NCBI GenBank assembly: GCA_023459795.1
Contig: JAEWSP010000001.1
Span: 17,242-81,241, forward strand
DNA length: 64,000 bases
Direction of reading: 5' to 3'
From: Bacillota bacterium
GTDB lineage: Bacteria; Bacillota_I; Bacilli_A; RFN20; CAG-288
The position numbers were made by a program, and so were the translations under genes. Shown piece by piece: positions 10,126 through 18,409 of this stretch. The notes under the pieces were generated by a model. That model did not search any database. It was given only the letters and a program-made list of their open reading frames with translations, and had not been told where the DNA came from. Position 1 is the first letter of the stretch; each line of letters begins with the position of its first letter.

Positions 10126-10134
10126 TGGTATAAT
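10126..10134 (+). promoter_or_regulatory. Extended -10 promoter element (TGgTATAAT) for the aminotransferase gene
   Basis: TG at 10126-10127 and TATAAT at 10129-10134, 25 nt upstream of ATG 10159. Confidence 0.4.
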
Positions 10135-10158
10135 TGTCTTGTTTTGGGGGCTTTTTCC

Positions 10159-11406
10159 ATGAAGGGTATCACGTACATTGCGAAGCGTTCCAGGACCCTA
10201 GTCGGCCCGAACGACATCATTGCCATCGCTAATCTTGCCAAGAAGGATAAGAAAGCAGGCAACAAGATAATCAATGCCAGCATCGGTTCCTTCCTGGACG
10301 AAAACGGAAAGCTAGGAGACGTGCCGGTTATCGACGATGCCTTGAAAGAAAACATCACAGCGGATTTGTCCTACGGCCCAAGCAGCGGAGACCCCTCCTT
10401 CAGGGAAGCCGTCATCGACTGGATCTTCACGGACAGAAGACCGAAACTGGAATCCCTCTATTCCGTCTTCTCCGGTGCATCCATCGGAGGAACGGGTGCT
10501 TTGTTCAATGCCTTCTCCCTCTTCTTGGAAGAAGGAGACAGTGTCCTCCTTCCGGATATCCTGTGGACGAATTATACCCTCCTTGCCAGGAAAGCAGGCC
10601 TAAAGAGCCAGTTCTACTCCCTCTTCGACAAGGACAGGAAGTTCAATATCCTTTCCGTAAAGGAGAATATCGAAGCCCTGGCCAAGAAGCAGAACCATGT
10701 CTTCTTCCTTCTCAACGACCCCTGCCAGAATCCGACCGGATACTGCCTTTCGGAAGAAGAATACGATGCCCTGTTTAGTATGCTCGAGGAAGAAGGGAAG
10801 AAGACGGATCTCATCGTCCTCTTCGATATCGCCTACCTCGACTACTACAACGTAAATGGCCATCACTGCGCTTTGGTGGACAAGCTTCTGGAGAAGAAGG
10901 CGGATTTCCTCCCCCTTATTTCCTTCAGCTGCTCGAAGCTCTTCGGACTCTACGGCCTGAGAGTCGGTGCCCTTCTTGCCCTTGCTCCTAACCCGACCGA
11001 AAAAGACGAGATCCAGGCTGCCTACGGAAGCCAGGCCCGCGGTACTTATTCGGTTCCGGTCTGCTCAGCGGAAGTTGCTGTCTGCAAGGCGATGGAAGAC
11101 AAGGGGAGCAGAGAAAAGCTTCTTTCGGAAGTCGAAGCCAACAAACTCCTGCTTTCCAAGCGTTCCAAGGAAGTCGTCCTTCTTCTGAAAGAGTACGGAT
11201 TCGATTTCTATCCTTATTCCTCCGGTTTCTTTATCACTTTGGTAATCAAGAATGCTTTTCCTGTCTTCGAAGCCATGAAGAAGCAGCATATGTATGTTGT
11301 TCCGCTGGATGAGAACCATATCCGCCTTGCCGTCTCCGGACTTTCCCTTGCAGACGCCAAAGTCCTGATCCCTGCCTTGAAGAAAGCGGCTGAAGAAAAC
11401 AAATAG
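10159..11406 (+). CDS. AspC/TyrB-type (class I, subfamily I-alpha) aspartate/aromatic aminotransferase
   Basis: PLP-lysine motif SCSKLFGLYGLRVG matches the AspC SYSKNFGLYNERVG pattern. N-terminal INASIGSFLDENGKL resembles INLGIGVYKDETGK. ATG 10159 is preferred over TTG 10144. Confidence 0.85.
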   Translation: MKGITYIAKRSRTLVGPNDIIAIANLAKKDKKAGNKIINASIGSFLDENGKLGDVPVIDDALKENITADLSYGPSSGDPSFREAVIDWIFTDRRPKLESLYSVFSGASIGGTGALFNAFSLFLEEGDSVLLPDILWTNYTLLARKAGLKSQFYSLFDKDRKFNILSVKENIEALAKKQNHVFFLLNDPCQNPTGYCLSEEEYDALFSMLEEEGKKTDLIVLFDIAYLDYYNVNGHHCALVDKLLEKKADFLPLISFSCSKLFGLYGLRVGALLALAPNPTEKDEIQAAYGSQARGTYSVPVCSAEVAVCKAMEDKGSREKLLSEVEANKLLLSKRSKEVVLLLKEYGFDFYPYSSGFFITLVIKNAFPVFEAMKKQHMYVVPLDENHIRLAVSGLSLADAKVLIPALKKAAEENK

Positions 11407-11463
11407 GAACCACCAAAAAAGGTTCCGTAGGGGACTCCCGGAAGGGAGTCCTTTTTCGGAACC
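11406..11463. terminator. Compound bidirectional terminator between the aminotransferase and TetR genes
   Basis: Inner hairpin GGACTCCC-GGAA-GGGAGTCC (11432-11451) plus TTTTT on the plus strand. Outer stem GGTTCCG/CGGAACC (11421-11427 and 11457-11463) is followed by TTTTTT on the minus strand. Confidence 0.7.
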
Positions 11464-11471
11464 TGTGTTTG

Positions 11472-12101
11472 CTACTTTGCTTCCGAGACAGGAGCAAGAA
11501 GAGTATCAAGGTTGGCAAGAGGCTTTCCGATAGGAGCGACAAGCTCGAGAAGGGCAAGTCCGCTCTTCTTGATGTCTTCCAGAGTAAGATCCGGATAATC
11601 GAAGAGGTAGTTCATGTAAGCGCCGGTAAGACCGCCGGAGATCTGGAGGATAGCAGCAGAAGTGATCGGTCTCTTTTCCCGATCCAGGATTTCCGGATAA
11701 GACTGGGAAACAATTTCCGTGATGGTCTGGGTAAGACGGTCCATGAAGTCGGTCAGAAGAGTAAAGGGAACTGCTTCTGCGACAGCCTTGACGGAGTCAT
11801 GATACTTTTCGGCAAAGGAATTGAGCTGATCGAAAAAAAGACTGCGGTTCTCAGCCGTACGGATATCTAGGGAGGTAAGCAATCCAGATAAGGACCCGAT
11901 CAGAAGGTTCTCGATGTCGATGATGACTTCCTGGATTCCTTTGTAATGATTGTAGAAAGTACCACGGGTGATGTCCGCGAGCTTTACAATCTCCGTAACG
12001 TTGATCTTATCGAAACTCTTCTTCTCACTGATCAAAGTCAGAACAGCGGTACGGATTTTTTCTCTAGTCTGTAGAGAATTACGATAGGGCTTTTTCTTCA
12101 T
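11472..12101 (-). CDS. TetR/AcrR family transcriptional regulator
   Basis: N-terminal HTH pattern TREKIRTAVLTLISEKKSFDKINVTEIVKLADITRGTFYNHY. Start chosen at MKKKPY (12101). Confidence 0.85.
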   Translation of the reverse strand: MKKKPYRNSLQTREKIRTAVLTLISEKKSFDKINVTEIVKLADITRGTFYNHYKGIQEVIIDIENLLIGSLSGLLTSLDIRTAENRSLFFDQLNSFAEKYHDSVKAVAEAVPFTLLTDFMDRLTQTITEIVSQSYPEILDREKRPITSAAILQISGGLTGAYMNYLFDYPDLTLEDIKKSGLALLELVAPIGKPLANLDTLLAPVSEAK

Positions 12102-12197
12102 ATAAATGACCTCCACAACTGAGATAATAATATAGCGCATTTAGGGTATAAAAGAAAAGGTTTATTACAAAATAGCATTAAAATATAGCTTAACTCG

Positions 12198-12226
12198 TGA
12201 AAACCAATAGGGTACCCAAGTTTTCA
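12198..12226. promoter_or_regulatory. Candidate TetR operator (inverted repeat TGAAAAC-N15-GTTTTCA with central GGTACC)
   Basis: Inverted repeat seen in the tetR-pepC intergenic region. Assignment to the TetR protein is inference only. Confidence 0.25.
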
Positions 12227-12403
12227 TGGATTGAATTAACAACTCTTTCCGCTTTCCAAAATATTCTAATTTGCAAAGAAAACTCGGAAACTTACCCGTT
12301 TCGTATGAGTTTCCATAAAATAAAGGAGGAAGAGCATCCCTTCCGTTTCCTTTTTCTCCTCCTTCTTCTATAATATTCCAGTAAAACTTAGGAGGGTGTA
12401 CCA

Positions 12404-13741
12404 ATGGATAAGGAAATCAAGGACGAATATTTTGCCGCCTTCGAGAAGGACTACGAAAAGACGCTCGGAAATACCATCAGCAGCAATGCTGCTATCATCA
12501 TGGGTCCGAAAGCCAGCAGCAAGAACCAGAAGAGAGAAGGGGAGCTTACCCCGAACTTCTCCATCGAAGTAGATGGCGGAGAAGTCACGAACCAGAAGCA
12601 GAGCGGACGCTGCTGGATGTTCTCCGGACTTAATGTTGTCCGTCTTGCCATCATGAAGAAGGCAGGAATCAAGAACCTGGAGCTCAGCCAGTCCTATCTC
12701 ATGTTCTTTGACAAGCTTGAGAAAGCCAACTCCTTTTTGGAATACATCCTGGATACCAGAGAGCTGGATACCAAGTCCAGAGAAGTAAGCGGATTGCTTG
12801 CAAAGGGAATCGAAGACGGCGGATACTGGTCCTATTTCGTCGCTCTCGTCAATAAGTACGGTGTCCTTCCCAAGGAGAATATGCCGGAGACCTACTCCTC
12901 CAGCCTTTCTGCCGAAATGAACGCTGCCCTGAACCGGAAGGCCAGAGAATTTGCCATGGTCTTAAGGAACGAATCCAAGAAGGGCGCTTCCTTAGACTCT
13001 CTCCGTAAGGAGAAGGAAGATATGATGAAGACTTTCTTCCGGATCCTTGTTGTCACCCTCGGACTTCCTCCGAAGGCTTTCGACTTCGAATGCCGGGACA
13101 AAGACAATAAGTTCCTGAAGGATTCCGATATCACTCCTCTTGCTTTCTTCAAGAAGTATGCCCCGGAAGGAGTCGATTCCGTAGTCTCCGTCGTCAATGA
13201 TCCGGAAGAAGGAAGAGAATTCGGCAAGACCTATTCCCTCCAGTTTGCAAGGAATGTCGTCGGAACCAGGGAATGCACCTTCCTCAATGCCCCGATCGAA
13301 CGTTTGAAGGAGTTAGCAATCCTTTCCCTCAAGGACGGCAAGGCCTTATGGTTTGCCTGCGATGTCCTTGCGGAAAGCGACCGGAAGGACGGCGTTCTTT
13401 CCACCAAGCTTTTCGAAGAGGATAAGCTCTTCGGAACTACTTTCATCCAGACCAAGGGAGAAAGACTTAGCTACAGGCAGAGCGTCTCCAACCACGCCAT
13501 GACCTTAGTCGGAGTCGACTTAGACAAGGACGGCAATCCGCTGAAGTGGAAGATCGAGAATTCCTGGGGAGACGAAGTCGGAAAGAAAGGCTTCTTCCTC
13601 ATGGATGACGACTGGTTCAGCGAATATGTCTACGAAGTGGATGTCGACAAGAAGTACCTGACGGAAGAAGAGAAAGAGAACTACGGCAAGAAACCGGCAA
13701 TGCTTCCTTTCTATGACCCGATGTGCTGCACTTTGGACTGA
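12404..13741 (+). CDS. pepC: Aminopeptidase C (C1-family bleomycin-hydrolase-like cysteine peptidase)
   Basis: Catalytic Cys motif QKQSGRCWMFSGLN. Length of 445 aa and C-terminal ...DPMCCTLD are typical of PepC. AGGAGG RBS, with a TATAAT upstream. Confidence 0.9.
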   Translation: MDKEIKDEYFAAFEKDYEKTLGNTISSNAAIIMGPKASSKNQKREGELTPNFSIEVDGGEVTNQKQSGRCWMFSGLNVVRLAIMKKAGIKNLELSQSYLMFFDKLEKANSFLEYILDTRELDTKSREVSGLLAKGIEDGGYWSYFVALVNKYGVLPKENMPETYSSSLSAEMNAALNRKAREFAMVLRNESKKGASLDSLRKEKEDMMKTFFRILVVTLGLPPKAFDFECRDKDNKFLKDSDITPLAFFKKYAPEGVDSVVSVVNDPEEGREFGKTYSLQFARNVVGTRECTFLNAPIERLKELAILSLKDGKALWFACDVLAESDRKDGVLSTKLFEEDKLFGTTFIQTKGERLSYRQSVSNHAMTLVGVDLDKDGNPLKWKIENSWGDEVGKKGFFLMDDDWFSEYVYEVDVDKKYLTEEEKENYGKKPAMLPFYDPMCCTLD

Positions 13742-13804
13742 TTCTCTCAAAAAGAAAACCTTTTACGGAAAGAAAACGGATTTTTCGTATATAATAGACT
13801 CGAT

Positions 13805-14416
13805 ATGAAAAAAACTGTCTATGGACCATATATCCAGCAGAAGCGGGAAGCTCTCGGAATAACCCGGGAGGAATTATCCCAGAATCTCGGGATTACCCCT
13901 TCTATGTTAACGAAAATCGAGAACGGCAAGGAGGAGGTTTCTCTTCCGATGCTAGTTCCTATTTGCTTTACCCTGAAGATGACGATCAATTCCTTCCTGC
14001 TAGGAAGGGACGATAACCGCGGGCCTTTGGCAAACTTCAATCCGTTCTCCGGAACGGAGCTGGCCAGGTCCATCAGCTTTCTGAGGGTCAAGGGAAGGCT
14101 GACCATCGACGAGATGAGCAAGCAGACCGGTTTCCCGAAGAAGATGATCGAGTCCTTCGAATCCGGCCAGACGACTCCTACGTTATCGGAGTTCCAGCGC
14201 CTTGCCGACTATTTCCGTATCGAATACGATGATTTCTATTTCGGCAATATGCCTTTAGAGATTGTCGGTTCCCATGTCTTGGAAACCCAGGAACTTCTTT
14301 CTCCTTATCATCGGAAGAAGAAACATACCGGAAGAAACATCTTCCTTACTATCCTGATCCTCCTCGTTCTTGCCGCTGCCAGTTTTGCAGCCTACTATTT
14401 CTTCTTCCGTAAGTAG
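13805..14416 (+). CDS. XRE-family regulator with two HTH modules and a C-terminal transmembrane anchor
   Basis: Two HTH_3-like segments (REALGITREELSQNLGITPSMLTKIENGK and GRLTIDEMSKQTGFPKKMIESFESGQ). C-terminal hydrophobic IFLTILILLVLAAASFAAYYFFF. Confidence 0.8.
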   Translation: MKKTVYGPYIQQKREALGITREELSQNLGITPSMLTKIENGKEEVSLPMLVPICFTLKMTINSFLLGRDDNRGPLANFNPFSGTELARSISFLRVKGRLTIDEMSKQTGFPKKMIESFESGQTTPTLSEFQRLADYFRIEYDDFYFGNMPLEIVGSHVLETQELLSPYHRKKKHTGRNIFLTILILLVLAAASFAAYYFFFRK

Positions 14417-14444
14417 TTTGCTTCTAAATACAGACCAACAAGAG

Positions 14445-14470
14445 AAAACACGGCCAGCGCCGTGTTTTTC
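14445..14470. terminator. Bidirectional terminator between the XRE and MerR genes
   Basis: Stem AAAACACGGC / GCCGTGTTTT (14445-14454 and 14459-14468) with loop CAGC. A-run and T-run flanks are built into the stem. Confidence 0.75.
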
Positions 14471-14475
14471 TTTCT

Positions 14476-14922
14476 TCATTTCCTCAACAGTCCGGAGGCG
14501 AGGAAGTCTTCCCGGATATCGGAAGGCATGTCTTCCAGGTTCTTCTTTTTCAGATTGTCTTCGTTTCCTTCCTTTTCGGCTACGGAATAATACCAGCATT
14601 TATACCGGAGAAGGGAGAGTGTCTTCGTAAGGGAAGCAATCTGTTCCTCGACTTCCTTCTGCCGCTCCCCGAAAAGTTTCTTCCGTAATGGATATGTTTT
14701 CTTTCCTTCCCCGCACCAGAGCATGAACTGCCGTATCTCCTTGATCTCAGGGCCGGACTTCTTAAGGCACTCCACTATCTTCAAGGTTTCGATTTCCCTG
14801 TCTCCGAATTCCCGGATCCCGGATTTCCGGGAAATGTCCGGGAAGAGTCCTTCCTGGTCATAATAACGAAGAGTCGAAACAGGAAGAGAGAAAGATTTGG
14901 AAACCTGTCCTATTGTAGCCAT
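14476..14922 (-). CDS. MerR family transcriptional regulator
   Basis: N-terminal MATIGQVSKSFSLPVSTLRYYDQEGLFPD is the MerR HTH signature. GGAGAA RBS. Confidence 0.85.
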   Translation of the reverse strand: MATIGQVSKSFSLPVSTLRYYDQEGLFPDISRKSGIREFGDREIETLKIVECLKKSGPEIKEIRQFMLWCGEGKKTYPLRKKLFGERQKEVEEQIASLTKTLSLLRYKCWYYSVAEKEGNEDNLKKKNLEDMPSDIREDFLASGLLRK

Positions 14923-14944
14923 GGAAACAATTCTCCGATAATGC

Positions 14945-14975
14945 TTGACCTAAAGTTAGGTTTAGGTCGTAGGGT
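14945..14975 (+). promoter_or_regulatory. MerR-type promoter: TTGACC, 19-bp spacer containing dyad GACCTAAA-N6-TTTAGGTC, then TAGGGT
   Basis: -35 at 14945-14950, -10 at 14970-14975, and a perfect 8-bp inverted repeat at 14947-14954 and 14961-14968. The over-long 19-bp spacer is the hallmark of MerR-activated promoters. Confidence 0.6.
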
Positions 14976-15015
14976 AAGCATATCAGGGATTTCTTTTCCT
15001 GTCAAAGGAGTGGCT

Positions 15016-15228
15016 ATGAAAAGAATCATTGGTGTAAGTGCGAGCCTAAGAAACGGAAGCAATTCCGAGTTCCTGCTGGATCAGTTCCTTTTGGGAGCAA
15101 AGGACAGCTTCTTCACTGCTCTATCTATCGAAGTCCCGGGAGAAGACACTTCCACAGAGTGGTTTTCCCCGGTAGAAGAACAAGGAATACGATGCCTTGT
15201 AGGAGCTGAAGACCAGGGATATGAAAAA
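15016..15228 (+). pseudogene. Remnant of an NADPH-dependent FMN reductase/flavodoxin-like gene (only about 30 recognisable N-terminal codons, no stop before the terminator)
   Basis: AAAGGAG RBS at 15004-15010 and ATG 15016. MKRIIGVSASLRNGSNSEFLLDQFLLGAKD resembles the N-terminus of FMN reductases. Similarity is then lost, and the frame stays open only as an antisense shadow of oppA. Confidence 0.4.
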
Positions 15229-15259
15229 TGGCAGACCGGAAACCCGGTCTGCCTTTTCT
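15223..15259. terminator. Bidirectional terminator (oppA 3' end and the flavoprotein stub)
   Basis: Perfect 10-bp stem GGCAGACCGG-AAAC-CCGGTCTGCC (15230-15253) flanked by GAAAAAT and TTTTCT. Confidence 0.75.
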
Positions 15260-15279
15260 GCAATCCTTACAGATCGTCT

Positions 15280-17175
15280 CTACTGAAGCTCTCTTCCAAG
15301 CTGGGCATCGTTGTTATCCGACGTGGAGCAGAAGAGATCGAGGAAATCGATGGCATCATTGTAATCAGCGACCCAGCCATCACGGGAGATATCGTACTGG
15401 CCCTGCTTACGGGTGTTAAGGAAAGTCTTCCACTCCTGGTTTTCAAGATTGATGGAAATTCCCTTAGCGGCAAGATCAGCCTGGATAGCTTCGGCGATAG
15501 ACTTATGGGTATCGCTCGTGTTGTAGAGATAGACGGAGTTGCTCGGGAAGTCCGTGAACTTCTTCGTCTTCTCGTCGTAGGTGTATCCGACTTCCTTGAG
15601 CATAGCGACAGCATCGGCAACGTTTCCGGCATGGTCGTCGATATCGAAGTAGCCCTTGCCGTCCCCGGCAGTTCCGTTCTTGGCAGTGAAGGAATCGGTG
15701 CCGTTAGCATCGACGATGCCGTTCGGAACGAAGGAGTTGGCAGGAACCTGGCCCTGCTTGGTGACATTGTCCGTAATGTTCTTACGGTCGATGAGGAGTC
15801 CTAAGGCCTTTCTGACCTTGACTCTCTTCTCTGGGGTATCGGCCTTGGCAGAGAAACGGCCGGAGTTCATATTGAAGCAAGCATAATAAGTTCCGAGAAG
15901 ATCATCGATGTGGAGGGATGCGTTGCTTCCATCCTTCTTCGAAGCTTCCCAGGCTTCCATGCTAGAGAGCGGGAAGGACTGAACCATATCGCACTGGCCG
16001 CTCTTGAAGTTGGTCTCCATGGTCGTATCCTTGTCGGAAAGAAGGAAGTTGATGGTATCGATAGTATTGTTGGAATTGTCCCAGTAGTTGGCGTTCCGCT
16101 CGAACTTGATCACGGAGTCATGCGTCCAGGCAGTGATCTTGTAGGATCCGGAAGTGACGAAGTTCGGAACCTTAGCCCAGGCACCGGCAGCCTCGTTGGC
16201 AGTAACAGCGGACTTCTTCAGGACACTGAAGGACGGGAAGGCAAGGAGAGACTTGAAATACGGAAGGTCATGGGTCAGCTGGATAGAGAACTCGCTGTCG
16301 CTCTTCTTGGTAATGGCAAGATGCTGTCCGTAGTTGGTATCGGCACCGCTAGTAGTATCCTTCTGGGCATCCGAACCGCCGACAACGCCGTCGAAGAGGT
16401 AGGAATAGTCTGCAGCGGTTTTTCCGGAAGCAGCACGGTTCCAGGAGAAGATGAAATCATCGGCAGTGATTGCAGAACCATCCGAGAACTTAACTCCGTC
16501 CTTGAGCTTGAAGGAATAGGTAGCGACACCATTGGCATCCGTAGTGATGACCGGATCCTCGGCAAGGAGATCCTTCTCCAAAGTCGCAGTCCCGTCATTG
16601 TTGCTGTCCCTATAACGATAGAGTCCGGCAAAGAGATGGGCATCGTAAGTAGAGCCTTCGACAGCGCTGTTGAGGGCCGGATCGATATACTGAGGTTCGG
16701 AAGCAAGGCAGGCATTGATGGTATTGCTGTCGGATCCGGTCTTCACGGCATTCATGAAGAAGAAGTTGCCGAGCGGATTGGTCGGGACCTTCGTAATGGA
16801 CGGATTCAAAAGATAGGCATTCGTGTAATAGTAGATCGGGCAGACAGAACCGGTTCCCATCAGAAGGTCCTCGGCAGCATGCATATCCTTAGAACGAAGG
16901 GAAACCTGCTCCGCGCTTTCTCCGGCATCGTCGATCTTGATCATCTTGATCAGTTTGTCGAAGGAATTGGCCCAGGTCAGATTCTTCTCGCCATCGCCGA
17001 TTGCGCCATCATGGTTGAGATCAGCAGAATAGATAGCTTCCTTGGAATAATCAAAATACTTTGCAGCAGAATCTCCGCTGTTTCCAGAAGCAGACGAATC
17101 TGCCTTCTTGCAGCCGGCAAGGCTGATAAGAGAGATGAGAGATAAACCGATAAGACTTACTTTCTTGGAATTCAT
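15280..17175 (-). CDS. oppA: Oligopeptide ABC transporter substrate-binding lipoprotein
   Basis: Signal peptide with lipobox LISLAGC. Family-5 SBP size (631 aa). Last gene of the opp operon. Confidence 0.85.
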   Translation of the reverse strand: MNSKKVSLIGLSLISLISLAGCKKADSSASGNSGDSAAKYFDYSKEAIYSADLNHDGAIGDGEKNLTWANSFDKLIKMIKIDDAGESAEQVSLRSKDMHAAEDLLMGTGSVCPIYYYTNAYLLNPSITKVPTNPLGNFFFMNAVKTGSDSNTINACLASEPQYIDPALNSAVEGSTYDAHLFAGLYRYRDSNNDGTATLEKDLLAEDPVITTDANGVATYSFKLKDGVKFSDGSAITADDFIFSWNRAASGKTAADYSYLFDGVVGGSDAQKDTTSGADTNYGQHLAITKKSDSEFSIQLTHDLPYFKSLLAFPSFSVLKKSAVTANEAAGAWAKVPNFVTSGSYKITAWTHDSVIKFERNANYWDNSNNTIDTINFLLSDKDTTMETNFKSGQCDMVQSFPLSSMEAWEASKKDGSNASLHIDDLLGTYYACFNMNSGRFSAKADTPEKRVKVRKALGLLIDRKNITDNVTKQGQVPANSFVPNGIVDANGTDSFTAKNGTAGDGKGYFDIDDHAGNVADAVAMLKEVGYTYDEKTKKFTDFPSNSVYLYNTSDTHKSIAEAIQADLAAKGISINLENQEWKTFLNTRKQGQYDISRDGWVADYNDAIDFLDLFCSTSDNNDAQLGRELQ

Positions 17176-17211
17176 AATGAATTTCTCCTTTTTTTATTCA
17201 TCCCTTCAAGT

Positions 17212-17240
17212 CCCGTATACGGGAGAAGCAGGCTTCTCCC
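17212..17240 (-). other. Intercistronic stem-loops between oppF and oppA (no U-run on the sense strand)
   Basis: Palindrome CCCGTATACGGG (17212-17223) overlaps hairpin GGGAGAAGCAGGCTTCTCCC (17221-17240). Confidence 0.4.
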
Positions 17241-17260
17241 TCCCCTTTTTTTGAATTTCC

Positions 17261-18409
17261 TTAGCCCTGAACAGGAACGTCTCCTTTGTTTATCTTTTTT
17301 GCAGAACTTTCCGTCTTCTCCGGGGCAAGCATTCCGCCTTTGACGGGCTTGTCTTGCGGAAGAATACCGGAACTAGAAGAATCAAGATTTCTCATCTCTG
17401 ACGCCTTCTCCGGATAGAAGCAGGCAACATAATGCCCAGGCTTGGGTTCGATAAGAGGAGGAATCTCCTGAGCACATCTATCCGTTGCAAACGGACATCT
17501 CGTCCTGAACGGGCAGCCGCTAGGAGCATTCAGCGGAGAAGGGATTTCCCCTTGTAATACAAAACGCTGATTTGCTCTAGCAACCTTCGGATCAGGAACA
17601 GGAATGGCCGATAGCAAGGTAACAGTATAAGGATGCAACGGGTTCTCGAAAATCTCATTGCTTTCGCAAAGCTCGACAAGCCTTCCCAGGTACATGACCG
17701 CAATACGATCGGAGATATGTTTGACCACCAGAAGGTTGTGGGCGACGAAGAGATAGGTAAGGTTGAACTGCTTCTGCAGATCGTGGAAGGCATTCAGGAC
17801 CTGTGCCTGGATAGAGACATCGAGAGCCGAAACCGGCTCATCGCAGACGACGAATTCCGGAGACATCGAGAGCGCTCGGGCAATGCCGATACGCTGCCTC
17901 TGGCCGCCGGAGAACTCGTGGGCGTAACGCTGGGACTGCTCGGCGTTCAGACCGACCGCCTTCATCAGCATCTTTACCTTCTCGTCCCGTTCGTCCTTGG
18001 TCTTATAGGCATGGTTGACATCCATCGGTTCGGCGATGATGTCTTCCACCTTCATTCTCGGATCGAGCGAGGAATACGGATCCTGGAAGACGATGTTTGT
18101 CTTCTTCCGGAATTCCTTCAGGTTCTTTTTCGTTACTTCCTCACCGTTGAAGAAGACCTTTCCGCCGGTCGGCTTGTAGAGCTGGAGGATGGTCCTTCCG
18201 GTCGTGGTCTTTCCGCATCCGGATTCTCCGACAAGTCCCAAGGTCTCTCCTCTCTTGATATCGAAGCTGACATCATCGGTCGCCTTCAGAAGCTGTGTCT
18301 TGAAGAAGCCGGTACTGATCGGAAAGTATTCCCGTAGATGCTGAACGGAGACAATCACGTCCTTGGGGACTTCATGGTATTGGTCCTTAGGAAATTCATT
18401 TTTCTTCAT
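17261..18409 (-). CDS. oppF: Oligopeptide ABC transporter ATP-binding protein
   Basis: Walker A GESGCGKTT, signature FSGGQRQRIGIARAL, Walker B VCDEPVSALD and an oligopeptide C-terminal domain. A roughly 50-aa hydrophilic tail follows. Start taken at MKKNEF (18409). Confidence 0.85.
   Translation of the reverse strand: MKKNEFPKDQYHEVPKDVIVSVQHLREYFPISTGFFKTQLLKATDDVSFDIKRGETLGLVGESGCGKTTTGRTILQLYKPTGGKVFFNGEEVTKKNLKEFRKKTNIVFQDPYSSLDPRMKVEDIIAEPMDVNHAYKTKDERDEKVKMLMKAVGLNAEQSQRYAHEFSGGQRQRIGIARALSMSPEFVVCDEPVSALDVSIQAQVLNAFHDLQKQFNLTYLFVAHNLLVVKHISDRIAVMYLGRLVELCESNEIFENPLHPYTVTLLSAIPVPDPKVARANQRFVLQGEIPSPLNAPSGCPFRTRCPFATDRCAQEIPPLIEPKPGHYVACFYPEKASEMRNLDSSSSGILPQDKPVKGGMLAPEKTESSAKKINKGDVPVQG

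Noticed and set aside
12165-12404. 79-aa minus-strand ORF in the tetR-pepC intergenic region
   Set aside because: It overlaps the pepC promoter and RBS, has no RBS of its own and no recognisable features. The region is better explained as divergent regulatory DNA.
14941-15804. 287-aa ORF offered as a single gene
   Set aside because: Only the segment after ATG 15016 has an RBS and about 30 flavoprotein-like codons. From about 15280 onwards it is the antisense shadow of oppA, and a strong terminator hairpin (15230-15253) interrupts it.
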